Source of the DNA: Eledone cirrhosa
Taxonomy: Eukaryota
Direction: 5' to 3'
Assembly: GCA_964016885.1 (NCBI GenBank)
Contig: OZ024740.1
Span: 216,504,001-216,568,000, forward strand
Length of the DNA: 64,000 nt
Shown here: piece after piece, positions 39,105-52,908 of the stretch
Layout of the letters: the number at the start of each line of letters is the position of its first letter
How positions within the stretch are numbered: position 1 is the first letter of the stretch
Notes under the pieces: generated by a model
The model's input: only the letters and a program-made list of their open reading frames with translations
The model's database searches: none
What the model was told of the DNA's origin: nothing
Made by a program: the position numbers and the translations under genes

Positions 39105-40274
39105 TACCCCATCCATTATCACACGCGCTTGTATATTCAACCCTGGATTCCTATTGCTCTCTCTTGATTATTAACAGCTTCTCTTACAACTGATACATGC
39201 CGACTATATATGCTCACTCCCTTCACTGCTCTGTATACACACATACACACCCTTACATTAACATACTTTTGCTCGTACCTTCGTACTTACATGCACACAC
39301 ACTCTTTTACTTACATATACACATATTTCCTGTTAGCTTCATACAGACGTATAACACATAAACACACACATGCTTACGCACGTGCACAGGTATAGCTCTT
39401 TTTACAAAACGTTTTTTTTTTCCGTTTCAGGTAGACACGCTCCATCATCCACTTATATATATATATATATATTTATATATATTCACGTTTATATTTATAT
39501 ATATATTCCCATATATATATAGTATATATATAATGTATAATATATATATAGTATATATATAATTGTTTCTACTTTAGGCACAAGGCCAGCAATTACCCAG
39601 TGCATTACTGGTACTTTATTTTATCAATATATAGTATATATATAATGTATAATATATATATAGTATATATATAATGTATAGTATATATATATAATGTATA
39701 ATATATATAATATATAATTATGTATATATTTATTTATATATATATATATATATAATGTATATAATGTATAAAATATATATATATAATGTATATGGATGTA
39801 TATAATGTATAAAATATATATATATAATGTATATGTATGTATATAATGTATATAATATATATATATAATGTATATGTATGTATATAATGTATATAATATA
39901 TATATATATATAATGTATATGTATATATAATGTATAATATATATATATATAATGTATATGTATATATATAATGTATATGTATATACATAATGTATATGTA
40001 TATATATAATGTATATGTATATATATAATGTATATGTATATATATAATGTATATCTATATACATAATGTATATATATATAATGTATAATATATATATATA
40101 TAATGTATACAATATACAATCATCATCGTTTATCATCTATCTTCCACGCTAGCATGGGTTAGATGTATATAATATATATATTATATACATTATTATAGTT
40201 TAGATTCATCATCATCATCTTCGTTTAACATCCATTTTCCACGCTAGCATGGGTTAGACTATATATATATATAT

Positions 40275-40461
40275 AATTGTTTCTTCTTTAGGCACAAGGC
40301 CAGCAATTACCCAGTACATTACTGGTACTTTATTTTATGGACCCCGTAAGGATGAAAAGCAAAGTTAACCTCAGCGGGATTTGAACTCAGACCGTAAAGG
40401 GACGTGACTATGCTGGAAAGCATGGCGTCCAACCCTCTACTTATACTGCCAATTCACCGCC
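40275..40461 (-). mobile_element. Full-length family-2 tRNA SINE
   Basis: ggcggtgaattggcagtataagtagag head, B box gagttcaaatcc, same body as 8331-8515. Confidence 0.85.
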
Positions 40462-40541
40462 ATATATATATATATATATATAATGTATATTATATATATA
40501 TATAATGTATATAATATATATATATATATTGTATAATGTAT

Positions 40542-40579
<38 letters not shown>

Positions 40580-40683
40580 GTATACAATATATATATATAT
40601 ATATATGTAGCGGTTGTCTCCCTTGTTTTGATTAGGATCTAGACGGGAAGTGGAACCCTTTCTGCAACTTCCGGTCAGAGCCC

Positions 40684-40690
40684 TATAAAA
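40684..40690 (+). promoter_or_regulatory. Putative LTR TATA box
   Basis: tataaaa, present at the same position in both LTRs. Confidence 0.5.
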
Positions 40691-40972
40691 CTAACAACTT
40701 TGGGCTTCCTCTCTCTCTTTGCCTTTTCGGCACCAGGTCAAGAGTCTTCTCATTTGGCTCTGCCATTAATTTGGCCAACAGGCGCCTGGCCTTAGCCAGG
40801 CGCCCTCTGCCAGCCGCGTTTGCCTGGCAATCAAAACGGTAACTACTAACTTTGTTTCATTCTAACATCTATCTTTGACATGTCAAGTATTCTATCTACC
40901 GTTAATTAAATATTATATACACAAACAATGTCTCGTTTTGTTACATTCATGCAACCAGTACCCTCGCTATAT

Positions 40973-40990
40973 TGGTAACCCTGACGTGAT
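40973..40990 (+). other. Primer-binding site for tRNA-Trp
   Basis: tggtaaccctgacgtgat vs canonical TGGTGACCCCGACGTGAT (16/18), 1 nt after the 5' LTR. Confidence 0.85.
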
Positions 40991-41314
40991 ACGAACACGC
41001 AGCCGTTCATCGCTATAAGTGGTCACCCCCAAAAAAAGAAAAAAATAGCACATCTGGTTTTGTGAGTAACATTACGAATACACAGCAAATTTAGCGACAA
41101 ACTATGAAAATACTCAAGGACACGCACACACGCACATGTGGAATTCGCACAGACATACTTTTTCTCTCACGCATCAATTAACTGTCGCATTTCACCAATA
41201 TATATATATATGTTTCTCGTTTCTTACAACGAACACTTTCAAAACAAAAGAAAACATTTCACGATATATATATATATATGTTTCTCGTTTCTTACAACGA
41301 ACTCTTTCAAAACA

Positions 41315-41389
<75 letters not shown>

Positions 41390-42301
41390 CTAGTTTTTTG
41401 TTTTTTTCCAAAGTTCACACCTATAATTATGCTGATTGAAGCCTTTCTTTTTCATCATTGTCACTTTCAAAATTGCACTATCATTTTCTCGCGCGTTAGA
41501 AATATTTTTTTTTTCAACCTTGTATTGGCACGTGTAGGCAGCATAAATTCTCGATTCACTGAGATGTCTTTACTCACAGACAGCCGCACGCCATTTATCA
41601 CCAGGGATTCTTCAGCCTTAAGCTATATTCTTCTATTTGCCGGTTTATAAATTTACAATGTAAATTTACCGTTGATAACCGCGCATTTATTAAGAATGCT
41701 TATTTCTCTGGTCGCTGGCCTCTTGACCCTTCCAGGTCAACGCATTCTCAACATCGACCATCAACTTCGGCTGCTATTTCTAGCACTTTGCGCAACTCAT
41801 TTTTTCTAAAAAAAAAATTTTTTACTGTGAATTTAAACACCGAATACGCTCACTCAGCGAGACAACAGCAGCAGCAACAGCAATATAACAGCAACAGCAA
41901 TACATCAATACAGCTTCACCAAAGCCAGAGAATTCATTTTTGCAGCACTCTTCCTGTGAGAAAATCCATTCGGAGGTTGGAAATTTCACGATGTACCACA
42001 GAACAGAAACCACCTGCATTCATTCTCTGGAACACACTTTCTTTCCAGCTGTCATGTGATTGCACACCTGTGAACTATATTTTGAACTTTGAGCTCTTCT
42101 ATTACTTTTACTTTATTACATTGTATCTTTGGGTGATGGATAGATGGATGTCCAGTCGTTCTCTGGCCAAGAGCGGTTGGCTACCTTGATATCTATCATT
42201 GATTTTTCCAAACATTCTTTTGTCGTAATTTTCATGCCTGTTACAACATTCTCGCCAACTTGCTACATATTTTCATTTCGATTTTTATACACTAAAATTC
42301 T

Positions 42302-42310
42302 GGCGGGAGG
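42302..42310 (+). other. Polypurine tract
   Basis: ggcgggagg 3 nt upstream of the 3' LTR. Confidence 0.6.
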
Positions 42311-42936
42311 TTATGTAGCGGTTGTCTCCCTTGTTTTGATTAGGATCTAGACGGGAAGTGGAACCCTTTCTGCAACTTCCGGTCAGAGCCCTATAAAACT
42401 AACAACTTTGGGCTTCCTCTCTCTCTTTGCCTTTTCGGCACCAGGTCAAGAGTCTTCTCATTTGGCTCTGCCATTAATTTGGCCAACAGGCGCCTGGCCT
42501 TAGCCAGGCGCCCTCTGCCAGCCGCGTTTGCCTGGCAATCAAAACGGTAACTACTAACTTTGTTTCATTCTAACATCTATCTTTGACATGTCAAGTATTC
42601 TATCTACCGTTAATTAAATATTATATACACAAACAATGTCTCGTTTTGTTACATTCATGCAACCAGTAATGTCGCTATATATATAATGTATACAATATAT
42701 ATATATATATATAATGTATACAATATATATATATATATATATATAATGTATACAATATATATATATATATATAATGTATACAATATATATATATATATTA
42801 GAATTGGTGCTCTGAAATAGCGATATATATATGAATGTATATATAGTGTATTTTTCATTTTTTGCTGGACCGGCAACTGCTCTGTATAATCAGTTCCTGA
42901 TTATTACTGGAATTCTATAAGAATCCAACATTCATA

Positions 42937-43030
42937 ATTTTCAGCAAACAGGAGGAGTGCTGAGCATTGATAAGTACCAACAGTACGAAACAGAGCTCTG
43001 TCATCTTATCTCCCCTTGTTTGCTGAAAAT
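42937..43030 (+). ncRNA. Hammerhead ribozyme, U3-A8-like core, extended stem I
   Basis: AUUUUCAGCAAACAGG...UUGAUAA-GUAC-CAACA-GUAC-GAAA-CAGAGCUCUG-UC^...CUUGUUUGCUGAAAAU; pairing next to the core is imperfect. Confidence 0.7.
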
Positions 43031-43256
43031 AGAAGTAAGTGACATAGTCACTACTTTGAAACAATAGCATAAGGTCTTCAAAATGCTTTTAATTAAGCAT
43101 ACAGTGTATTGCAAAATACACTATATATACATTGATATATATATATATATATAAAGTATACAATATATATATGTATAATATACACCCTAAGTATTGAGTA
43201 CTCTGGTGCGTTATGGTCCATCTGGTTCCTTACCACAATTCCTTTGATATATATAT

Positions 43257-44068
43257 ATGAAAGGCAGATTGTATGATGCTTGTATACGAACAGCAATGCT
43301 ACATGGCAGTGAGACATGGGCATTACGTGCAGAGGACCTGCGTAGACTGGAAGGGAACGAAGCATGCATGCTTCGTTGGATGTGTAATAGTAATATACGT
43401 GAACGGCAAAGCATAAATGAACTAAGTGAGAAATTAGGAATAAGAGGGATCAGATGCTGTTTACTTGAGAGAAGACTACGTTGTTATGGTCACATGATGC
43501 ACATGAAAGACACAGCTGTATAAAAAAGTGCAGGGCGATCAAAATTGATGGTAATTATGGAGTAGGTAGACCCAGAAAAACCTGGGGTAATCTGATAAAT
43601 TCCGACCTTACACACTTACATCTCTCTAAGACAATGTCTCTGAACTGAGATCTTTGGCGCTACGCAGTAATACAGAAGACCCACCTTGCCTATGTACAAA
43701 GCGAAACCTACAGTCAGTAGGCACCTCTTAACCAAATATACACCCCAATCCACTACCCCTACCCTATCCTCCCACTCCCACCAACAGCACGAGATAATGA
43801 GATCGAGATCGTGTAGGTGTCACAACAAAAAACATACACAGTCCACGCTGTAATGTGGCCGTGTAGGTAACACGGTAAAAAGTTCCCAGTTCCAGACTGT
43901 AAATGTGGTTGGTGTTAGAAGGGCATCCAGCCGTAGAAAACCTGCCAGATAGTCCTATATGAGCGAGACACAGTCACCCGACCAGCCTTGCCTCAAGTGG
44001 GACAACTCCCGTCTAACCCATGCTAACGTGGAAAATGGACGTTAAACGAAGATGATGATGATGATGAT
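43257..44068 (+). mobile_element. RTE LINE (B-like), 5'-truncated and degenerate
   Basis: MKGRLYDACIRTAMLHGSETWAL...; frameshift and stops; (gat)n tail. Confidence 0.9.
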
Positions 44069-44080
44069 ATATATATATAT

Positions 44081-44513
44081 CATCATCATCATCGTTTTAC
44101 GTCCCTTCTTCCACGCTAGCATGGCTTAGACGAGTTGTCTTGTTGTGGGCAGTGTCCAGTTGGCTGACCTTGTCTTGCTCATACAGGAACTGATTATGGC
44201 TTGATTTCTACAGCTGGATGCCCTTCCTAACACCAACCTCATTTACAGTGAGTACTGGGTGCTTTTTTTCCATGGTGCCTACACGGGCACTTTACAGTGT
44301 GAGCTGGGTGCTTTTTTGCCGTGGCACCTCCACGACCACTTTGCAGTGAAATGATGGGGACCCCAGTCCCTATCATCTCATTTTTACAGCTGAGTAAACT
44401 GGAGCAATGTGAAATTTAGTGTCTTGCTCAAGTAAACAACACATCACCCGGTCCGAGAATTGAACTCGCAACCTTTCTATTGCAAGCCCAATGCTCTAAC
44501 CACTAAGCCATGT
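44081..44513 (-). mobile_element. Family-1 CORE-like SINE with long RTE-A 3' UTR tail
   Basis: tRNA head at ~44440-44513, CORE-like domain, ~250 nt matching 54305-54567. Confidence 0.85.
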
Positions 44514-46329
44514 ATATATATATATATATTTTACTAGCGTGGAAAATGGACATTAAACGATGATGATGATTATATATGTGCACACTGATATATGTGTGTG
44601 TTGTATGCATTAATGCATTGCTAAGTTTAAATTATGTCATATATAATTACAGTGTCTACATATATCAGCTCACACACACATATTTACTAACCCACACACA
44701 CATATATTTCCTAACACACACATACACATACATAAGTGTATACTTTACTACATACACACAAACACGTGCAGACATGCAATCAATCAGGAAAGAGATGTTA
44801 CTGAGCTATTTGTGTGTATGTGTGTGTGTGTTTGTATGTGCGTGTGTCTGTATGTGTGGAGACAGACAAAGGGAGAAGGAGCTGTAGAAGGAAGATAAGT
44901 GAAATTGGTAGAACATTTCTTTTTGCAATAATGTGGGTGTCTGTGCGTATGGGTGTGACTGTGTGTATTATATGTGAATGCATATGTGTATATATATGTG
45001 TGTATGTATATATATATGTGTGTGTATGTGTATGTAGGTGTGTGTCTATGTATATATATGTGTGTGTGTGTGCGTGTATATATATATATATATATATGTG
45101 TATGTAGGTGTGTCTGTGTGTATATATATATATATGTGTGTGGCTGTGTGTGTGTATATATGTATGTGTGTATGCATGTGTGTGTGTTTGTGTGTGCCAG
45201 TGTGTGTGTGTATATATATATATATGTGTGTGTATGTGTGTCTGTGTGCAAGTTTAGGTGTGTATATATGTATATGTGTGTCAGCTACGTGCACCCGTTA
45301 ACATCACTTTTGTTATACTAACTGCTTTATTGACATTTTCTATCTCTTATAAAAGACACAGCCTATGATGATGAAATAATTTTTGAAAATAATCAAAAAT
45401 TAAGAAGGACAATAATATAATATAACTTTCTGATTATTAAGCTGGTGTTTACAACTTCATTTCTGGTTCTTGTATAAAAGTACAGTGGAAGGTTTTGAGA
45501 TAAATATAAACACTTTAAGATAAACAGCTTTGTATTAAAGAAGAATTAGTTCCAGGCATTTAAGTATGAAAAGTGTTGGATAATTCTTTTTTATTATCTA
45601 AAATAAAACAAAAAGAATTGTTAGATGTCTCAAGTGTTCTGCTTCAAATTAATCATTGTTAGTTAATTCTCATTAAAACACCTGACATGATAAGTTAGTG
45701 TTAATTATTATACAGGCAAGAAGGGTGGTGGATTGGTAGTAATCGGTAGAGCATCGGTCAACATGCATTATGGCATAGAGTTACGCCCCTTTACGATCTG
45801 AGTTCAAATCCTGTCATGGTTAGCTTTGCTTTTCATGATTATGAGGTCGATAAAATAAAGTACCAGTAATGCACTGGGGTCGATTTAATTGACCTCCTAC
45901 CCCCAAAATTGTTAGTCTTGTGCCTAAATCAGAAACCAATTATTATACAGGCAAGAATCAACTAAATGTAAAACTGCTGAAGTGTTGTCTTTTAAATGGT
46001 TGGAGTAAATTGTTTTATTTTAAAACTTAAGTGGTGAGATTTTTCACATTATTGTTTCAACCTTTTTTTTTGGCATATAAGGTAAAAAATTGGCCGAATA
46101 GTTAGAACATTGGATAGACTGCTTTGTGGTATTCATTCCAGCTCTCTGCTCTCTGAGTTTAGACCCTGTCGAGGTCAACTTTGCCTTTCATCTGTCTAGT
46201 AATCGGGTTGATTCTTCCTGTATATCTCTTTCTCACTTTTTCTCTCTATTACTCTCTATCCTTCTCTGGAAGAGATTTACTGTTTTCAGACTTGGAGAGG
46301 TGATGGGCCCTACCAGGTTTTAAAATGTT

Positions 46330-47636
46330 CTGATAAAAGTACTAACTTGATCTCTGATACATCTAGGAGAGCTGTAGCTCTGATAAAGTACTGATTTGAC
46401 CTGTGATCTATAACACACCTAGAAGAGCTGTAGCTCTGATAAAGTACTGACTTGATCTGTGATATATCTAGGAGCGATGTAGCTCTCATAAAGTACTGAC
46501 TTGATCTGTGAGGTATCTAGGAGAGCTGTAGCTCTCATAAAGTACTGGCTTGATCTGTGGTATATCTAGGAGAGCTGTAGCTCTGATAAAGTACTGGCTT
46601 GATCTGTGGTATATCTAGGAGAGCTGTAGCTCTGATAAAGTACTGGCTTGATCTGTGGTATATCTAGGAGGTATGTAGCTCTGATAAAGTACTGACTTGA
46701 TCTGCGGTATATCTAGGAGGGATGTAGCTCTGATAAAGTACTGACTTGATCTGTGGTATATCTAGGAGGGATGTAGCTCTGATAAAGTACTGACTTGATC
46801 TGTGATATATCTAGGAGGGATGTAGCTCTTATAAAGTACTGACTTGATCTGTGATATATCTAGGAGAGCTGTAGCTCTGATAAAGTACTGGCTTGATCTG
46901 TGGTATATCTAGGAGAGCTGTAGCTCTGATAAAGTACTGGCTTGATCTGTGATATATCTAGGAGGGATGTAGCTCTGATAAAGTACTGGCTTGATCTGTG
47001 ATATATCTAGGAGGGATGTAACTCTGATAAAGTACTGGCTTGATCTGTGGTATATCTAGGAGGGGTGTAACTCTGATAAAGTACTGGCTTGATCTGTGGT
47101 ATATCTAGGAGGGATGTGGCTCTGATAAAGTACTGACTTGATCTGTGATATATCTAGGAGGGATGTGGCTCTGATAAAGTACTGACTTGATCTGTGGTAT
47201 ATCTAGGAGAGCTGTAGCTCTGATAAAGTACTGACTTGATCTGTGATATATCTAGGAGGGATGTGGCTCTGATAAAGTACTGACTTGATCTGTGGTATAT
47301 CTAGGAGGGATGTAGCTCTGATAAAGTACTGACTTGATCTGTGGTATATCTAGGAGAGCTGTAGCTCTGATAAAGTACTGACTTGATCTGTGGTATATCT
47401 AGGAGAGCTGTAGCTCTGATAAAGTACTGACTTGATCTGTGGTATATCTAGGAGAGCTGTAGCTCTGATAAAGTACTGACTTGATCTGTGGTATATCTAG
47501 GAGAGCTGTAGCTCTGATAAAGTACTGACTTGATCTGTGGTATATCTAGGAGGGATGTAGCTCTTATAAAGTACTGACTTGATCTGTGATATATCTAGGG
47601 GGGATGTAGCTCTGATAAAGTACTGACTTGATCTGT
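46330..47636. repeat. 49-bp minisatellite, ~26 copies
   Basis: ctctgataaagtactg(a/g)cttgatctgtg(g/a)tatatctaggag(agc/gga)tgtag; period 49 (46581 to 46630). Confidence 0.95.
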
Positions 47637-48603
47637 ATGTTCTACTCAACCAACATCACTGTGGATAAAATGACATAAAATGATGCTGATGGTTATAAAT
47701 GTAAAATGGAAGGATAATATATCTATCTACCAATGCAACATCTACACATGTATATATACACAAGTAAATACACAAATATGTACACAAGTATATAGAGCAG
47801 TCTTAAATTTCTCATGAGATATTGACTTTAGGTCCTTTCTTACATGCTATGAATTAAATATAAAATACATACACCCACACATACATGTATGTATACAAAC
47901 AAGTGGAGGAGGATATATAGTGTTAACATGTAAGATATTTGTGATGATGATGATGATCTACTGCTTAGTTATGGTGTGTTGGGATTAATGGTGAAGTGTG
48001 CAGGGTGTTGAGTGGTGTGAATGAGTGTTTTCCTGTCATCAAAGTGAATGACAGATTTGTAATTCTGACATTTCACACCAAATCCTAAACTAATATGACA
48101 CACTGTCTCTCTATTTTGGTGAAATACATGCAATGAAATCTAGGTTGCACTGGTCTATTCTAATTAATGTGATGCTGTATAAAAGTAAATTAACCATACA
48201 TAGAAATATAGGTGAACTTGCATGTTTATTGGCTGTTTGTATAGTTCTACTAGGCTGTATATAATTGTTCATATTATTATTGAGTAGACTTCTAGTATGA
48301 AACAACCCTGGTGGTCCTGTATATGTATATATATGAGGTAGTCCTGTATATAAGATGTCCAGTTTGTAGTTTCCTGTCAAACTTCATCACTGATCAATAG
48401 ATAGTCTAACTGTATAGCCATCATGTCTTTATTGATGGTTTGTTGCACTGCTAAAATATACAGTATATACAGTCTGCATCATTTTATCACATAGAGTACA
48501 AATGACTCCTATGCTAATTCCTATGCATTTTTCTTGTTGATATTGTTACTGCTCTTACATGAACCTTTTTCTATATTTATAAAGTTTGTTCTTAGCAAAT
48601 TTC

Positions 48604-48792
48604 ACCATCAGCTCTTCTCAACAGAAGGTTAACACCTTCAGCTCTTCTCAGCAGAAGGCTGATGTCCTTAGCTCTTCTTAACAGAAGGCTGACACCATCA
48701 GTTCTTATCAACGGAAGGCTGACACCATCAGCTCTTCTTAACAGAAAGCTGATGTCCTCAGCTCTTCTCAACAGAAGGCTGATGTCATCAGC
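48604..48792. repeat. 30-bp tandem repeat x6
   Basis: catcagctcttctcaacagaaggctgacac variants. Confidence 0.85.
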
Positions 48793-51026
48793 AATCCTAT
48801 TATCTTTTATCTGTGTTTGTATCTTTTCATTCTTTTCTCCTTGCTACATACACATAGAAATACATTAAAAACTAGAATATAAACACATAAACACACAGAC
48901 TCAGACACGAACACACACCAAACAGAATAAACACACACAAATGTTTGTGCAAACAGACACAACCAAAAAATCCTTATAGAAACACAATGGGAGGAAACAA
49001 CATTAATCACTGAAGAAATCACAGAAATGTGTGATGAAAGAACTTTGAGAAATTATATTTACATTTATATTTTTAATTGTTGGTCAATCAATAATAAACA
49101 TTGATTGCCAGGTAAATTATTTATAGTTACTAAAGTGAAAACCAAAGCAAACAGTGAGTGTGTTTTACTATTTTTTTGGCAATATTAGGACAACATGACC
49201 CTCCCCAAATATAACAATATATTCAGTTTCTTTAAGAAACAAGCAGTCAAGAGACAACATATCAGAAAAGGCAGTCAAATTTGCCTCAAAGTCTTATAAA
49301 AATGGTGGGGAAAGATGACGACTGGAACTTCCTGAATCATAGGTCTCTTGTATCATAGCTAACATCAACATCAACACATTTCTACAAGATCAATTTTACT
49401 CCATCTATTTTGTCTTTTACCTGGTAATAATTCTTATCTCTGTCTGCCTGACGGGTAACAGTACTGTATCATTCTAACAATTGACAGGAGGGGCATCTCT
49501 ATCATAATAGTTTAGGCACAAGGTCAGCTGTTTTGTGGGGAGGAGAAACTCAGTTAAGTTGACCCTAGTACATTACTGGTACTTTATTTTATCGACCTCT
49601 TATGGATGAAAGACAAAGCTAACCTTGGCATCCCTATCATAATCCCTATCTAAACAATGGACAAGAGGGGGAAAAACAAAGACATTCTATCAATGACATA
49701 TTTGTTTCTTATGTCCCTGATTTTTCTTAATAGTCACCATACTAATCCTCAACTTTATTGAGGGCCTTTATCTGGCTAAACCATGTGCTGGAGCTGGCAC
49801 CTGAATTTACCTCAAATTACAGCATGCTGTCTTAAAAACAGAAATGTCACTGCTACATTGTACTGCCTGAGCTCAGAATCAAACCTATGACCTTGCCATT
49901 GTAAACTTAACACCCTAACCGCTAGACTGTGTACCTGTTAGAACACTAATATAGAATTTTATTTGCATGAAGTGTTATGCACCTGGTAGGGGTTAATAAA
50001 CACTTATAAGTTCAGTGTTCTTTCCATATACTACAGTTGAAGTTAAATTCGATATTACACAATAACCATAAAACAACCCTATCCCATATTTTTGTTTAGT
50101 TAATTAGTTTAATTAATTAATTCATTACACTTGAATTATTTCATATTGTCATTTAGTATTCCTATTATATAATGACTTCTAATTAGTTTTAAATATTTAT
50201 AATTCTGTGAACCTACATTGAAAATTTGAGTTCAATCCATTGACCTAGATATTACAAACAGTGTTAACCGTTTTATGAGCATATCTTTAAAGAAATGTAT
50301 GTTTTAGTTTCAATTAATCTTGGAAATATCAGAATTTTTGAGGAATTTGGTAAAATACCGTTTTTTATTAGTATGTTGATAACATAGTTTAATACTTTCA
50401 AATCCTGCCGAGGTTAACTTTGCCTTTCATCCTTACAGGGTTGATAAAATAAAGTACCAGTAATGAACTGGGTAATTGCTGGCCTTGTGCCAAAAGTAGA
50501 AACAATTATTTAAAGTCAGCTTTCCCTGCTAGCTAGTGTTGGACAATCTACACATCAGTACTGAAGTGGGGTTACTGAACACCCAGACAGGGTCTGTAAC
50601 CTGCTTATGTTTGGTCATGTTAAGTGCAGAGGAGAAGTTGTCATGTCTTTTGACACAAACTTAAGTGTCCTCCTAGCCCCTTTATACGTATTTATAAAAA
50701 AAAACCATCACATCATAATTTTATCTAAGAACATTTAAGTTATAAGCACCAACATAACGAGAAATTTTAGTATACTTCCAAATCCCTCTAAAGTCTTGAT
50801 TATTTTCAAAATCATTTGAAAATTTTAGGGAGTGTCTTTTTATTAATTATATACCATAGTAAAGGGCTAAAATATTTTAATACATAACTTTAAATAATAG
50901 AATTCGAGGCAGGAGAGGTCTCAGGCCAGTTTGTGCTAAAAATATTGAACCTATTTTATTATGTTTTAGGGAATTATTGTAAAGGATGAAGAACAATTGC
51001 AGTTTACACTGTTATGTGTTCTAACT

Positions 51027-51215
51027 CAGGTATGTAAAACTGAGGGTCTCCCGAGGGCCACATGGGTCAAATATGCATTGTCTGAGGGCCACACACGACA
51101 ACTAATTACAACTATTTTTAAAATTTTTTATTACGAAGATAAAACACCCACGCTGTAAAAACCTTTGTGCGGGCTGCAAATGTGCTTGTAAAGGGCCGCA
51201 TGTTTGACATGCCTG
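51027..51215. mobile_element. hAT/Charlie MITE with 8-bp TSD
   Basis: TIRs caggtatgtaaaac / gtttgacatgcctg; TSD ttctaact / ttctagct; gggcc(a/g)ca subterminal motifs. Confidence 0.8.
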
Positions 51216-51599
51216 TTCTAGCTGACAAGCTGAGGCCATGCTGGAACAGAATTTCTTTCAACAGTTTCATTTTTGTTTTTAGTGTTGTTTATTTACAATC
51301 CTCTTCTATGGCATTTTTTTTTTTTGTTACTACTAAAGTTAGAGTTACATGACAATACACTGTCGCTCTGAATGGACATCCACTTTACACTGTTATCAAT
51401 GTATGTAGCAACAAAAACTACTACTACTACTAGCCTGGAAAAGGGACATTAAATGATGATGATGATGATAGCATCTCTGAAAGCTACTTACAAAAAAATA
51501 TTGGAATAGGTTAAAAAAAAAAAAAGCAAGACTACAATAACAACAACAACAAAAGAACAGAATCCTTGGAGACTATTGAGGATGATGATGATGATAATC

Positions 51600-51815
51600 T
51601 TCTTCTTTTTGAGAGGGTCATGGGGGAGAAGTCCTCAAACACTCCTTCCAACGAGTCATGTTTGAAGCAACTGATCTCCAAGTGGGACCAGTCAAGCTCA
51701 TGGATGTTTATCCAACCATCTTGCTCAGGGTCTACTCCTGTCAGTTGGTTTTGCCTGTAAAATCTGTCCAGTGATTCTTTCCTGAGACATTCTAACCACA
51801 GGCCCTCCATAGTCA
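51600..51815 (-). pseudogene. Degenerate RTE-like LINE 3' end
   Basis: AKPTDRSRP*ARWLD, then IHELDWSHLEI after a frameshift; resembles the GRP..RW motif. Confidence 0.45.
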
Positions 51816-52162
51816 AAAATTGTATTTATTGGTATATTGTAAAGTTTCTTAAGTTTGGATATCATTGGGAAGAAAAGTGTTTCTTCATCTTTAGAAGATA
51901 TGAGATATAATAGGAAATAGCAGGAAATAGGTTGTTGTGCATGTGGGAAATAGGAAGCTGGGAAAGAGAAAGACAGAGTCAGAGATGGAAAGAATTTGTG
52001 AGGGTGTGATGGGTCGGAGGGTGTAGAGAGAATAAGAACTAGAAGAGGAACATTAGAAATAAAACCATTAATGGTCAGTTTCAAGTATAAAAGGTTTTTG
52101 TTTGTTTTTCTTAGCCAGGTCAGTGACCATGGCAAACATCCCAATAACATAACTCACATATG

Positions 52163-52194
<32 letters not shown>

Positions 52195-52514
52195 TATATA
52201 TATATATGTATATATGATGTATATATATATAATGTATATCTGTATATGTAAACGGAAAAAATGAAACGAAATTTCATTTCTCACTCTTAGTACAGCTGTT
52301 ACTTAAATATAAGTATGTATACGTACATACATATATGTATACAGATGTATAGTAGTATGTATATATATATACATACATGCACACATATATATATGTACGT
52401 ATGGATTCACCGAACATTTATTATAATGCTCGGTGTGTTTGTAAACAAACATCCCATATTAAGCCGTAGTGTCTAACAACCATCGTTGCTCGTTTGTTCA
52501 ACACTGACAAAGGA

Positions 52515-52557
52515 ACACTGTACTAGTTTCAAGCTTATTAGCTATCGTCAGCAACAT
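52515..52557 (-). ncRNA. Minimal type I hammerhead ribozyme
   Basis: AUGUUG-CUGACGA-UAGCUAAUAAGCUU-GAAA-CUAG-UA^CAGUGU. Confidence 0.8.
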
Positions 52558-52865
52558 ATACCTTCCTGCCAGATGGTTGAACGTCTGAAAGTATATACTT
52601 TCCTTATGCATATTAACGGCTGAGCAGCCTAATTTGCATATCGAGTGAGTTAATCGGCCGGGGTACCGAAAACGTATACATACTTATATTTAAGTAACAG
52701 CCGTACTAAGAGTGAGAAATGAAATTTTGTTTCATTTTTTCCGTTTATCATTTTCGGTACCCCGGCCGATTAACTCACTTGATATGCAAATTAGGCTGCT
52801 CAGCCGTTAATATGCATAAGGAAAGTATATACTTTCAGACGTTCAATCATCTGGCAGGAAGGCGT

Positions 52866-52908
52866 ACGTTGCTGACGATAGCTAATAAGCTTGAAACTAG
52901 TACAGCGT
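52866..52908 (+). ncRNA. Minimal type I hammerhead ribozyme
   Basis: ACGUUG-CUGACGA-UAGCU-AAUA-AGCUU-GAAA-CUAG-UA^CAGCGU. Confidence 0.85.

Larger units (their letters stand above)
40606..42679 (+). mobile_element. Non-autonomous LTR retrotransposon (Gypsy-like, TRIM/LARD-type)
   Basis: 366-bp LTRs 40606-40971 and 42314-42679 differing at ~3 nt; tgtagcg...cgctata ends; PBS and PPT; no gag/pol ORF. Confidence 0.9.

Noticed and set aside
41788-42189. ORF inside the LTR element as gag
   Set aside because: No recognisable gag, zinc-knuckle or protease motif
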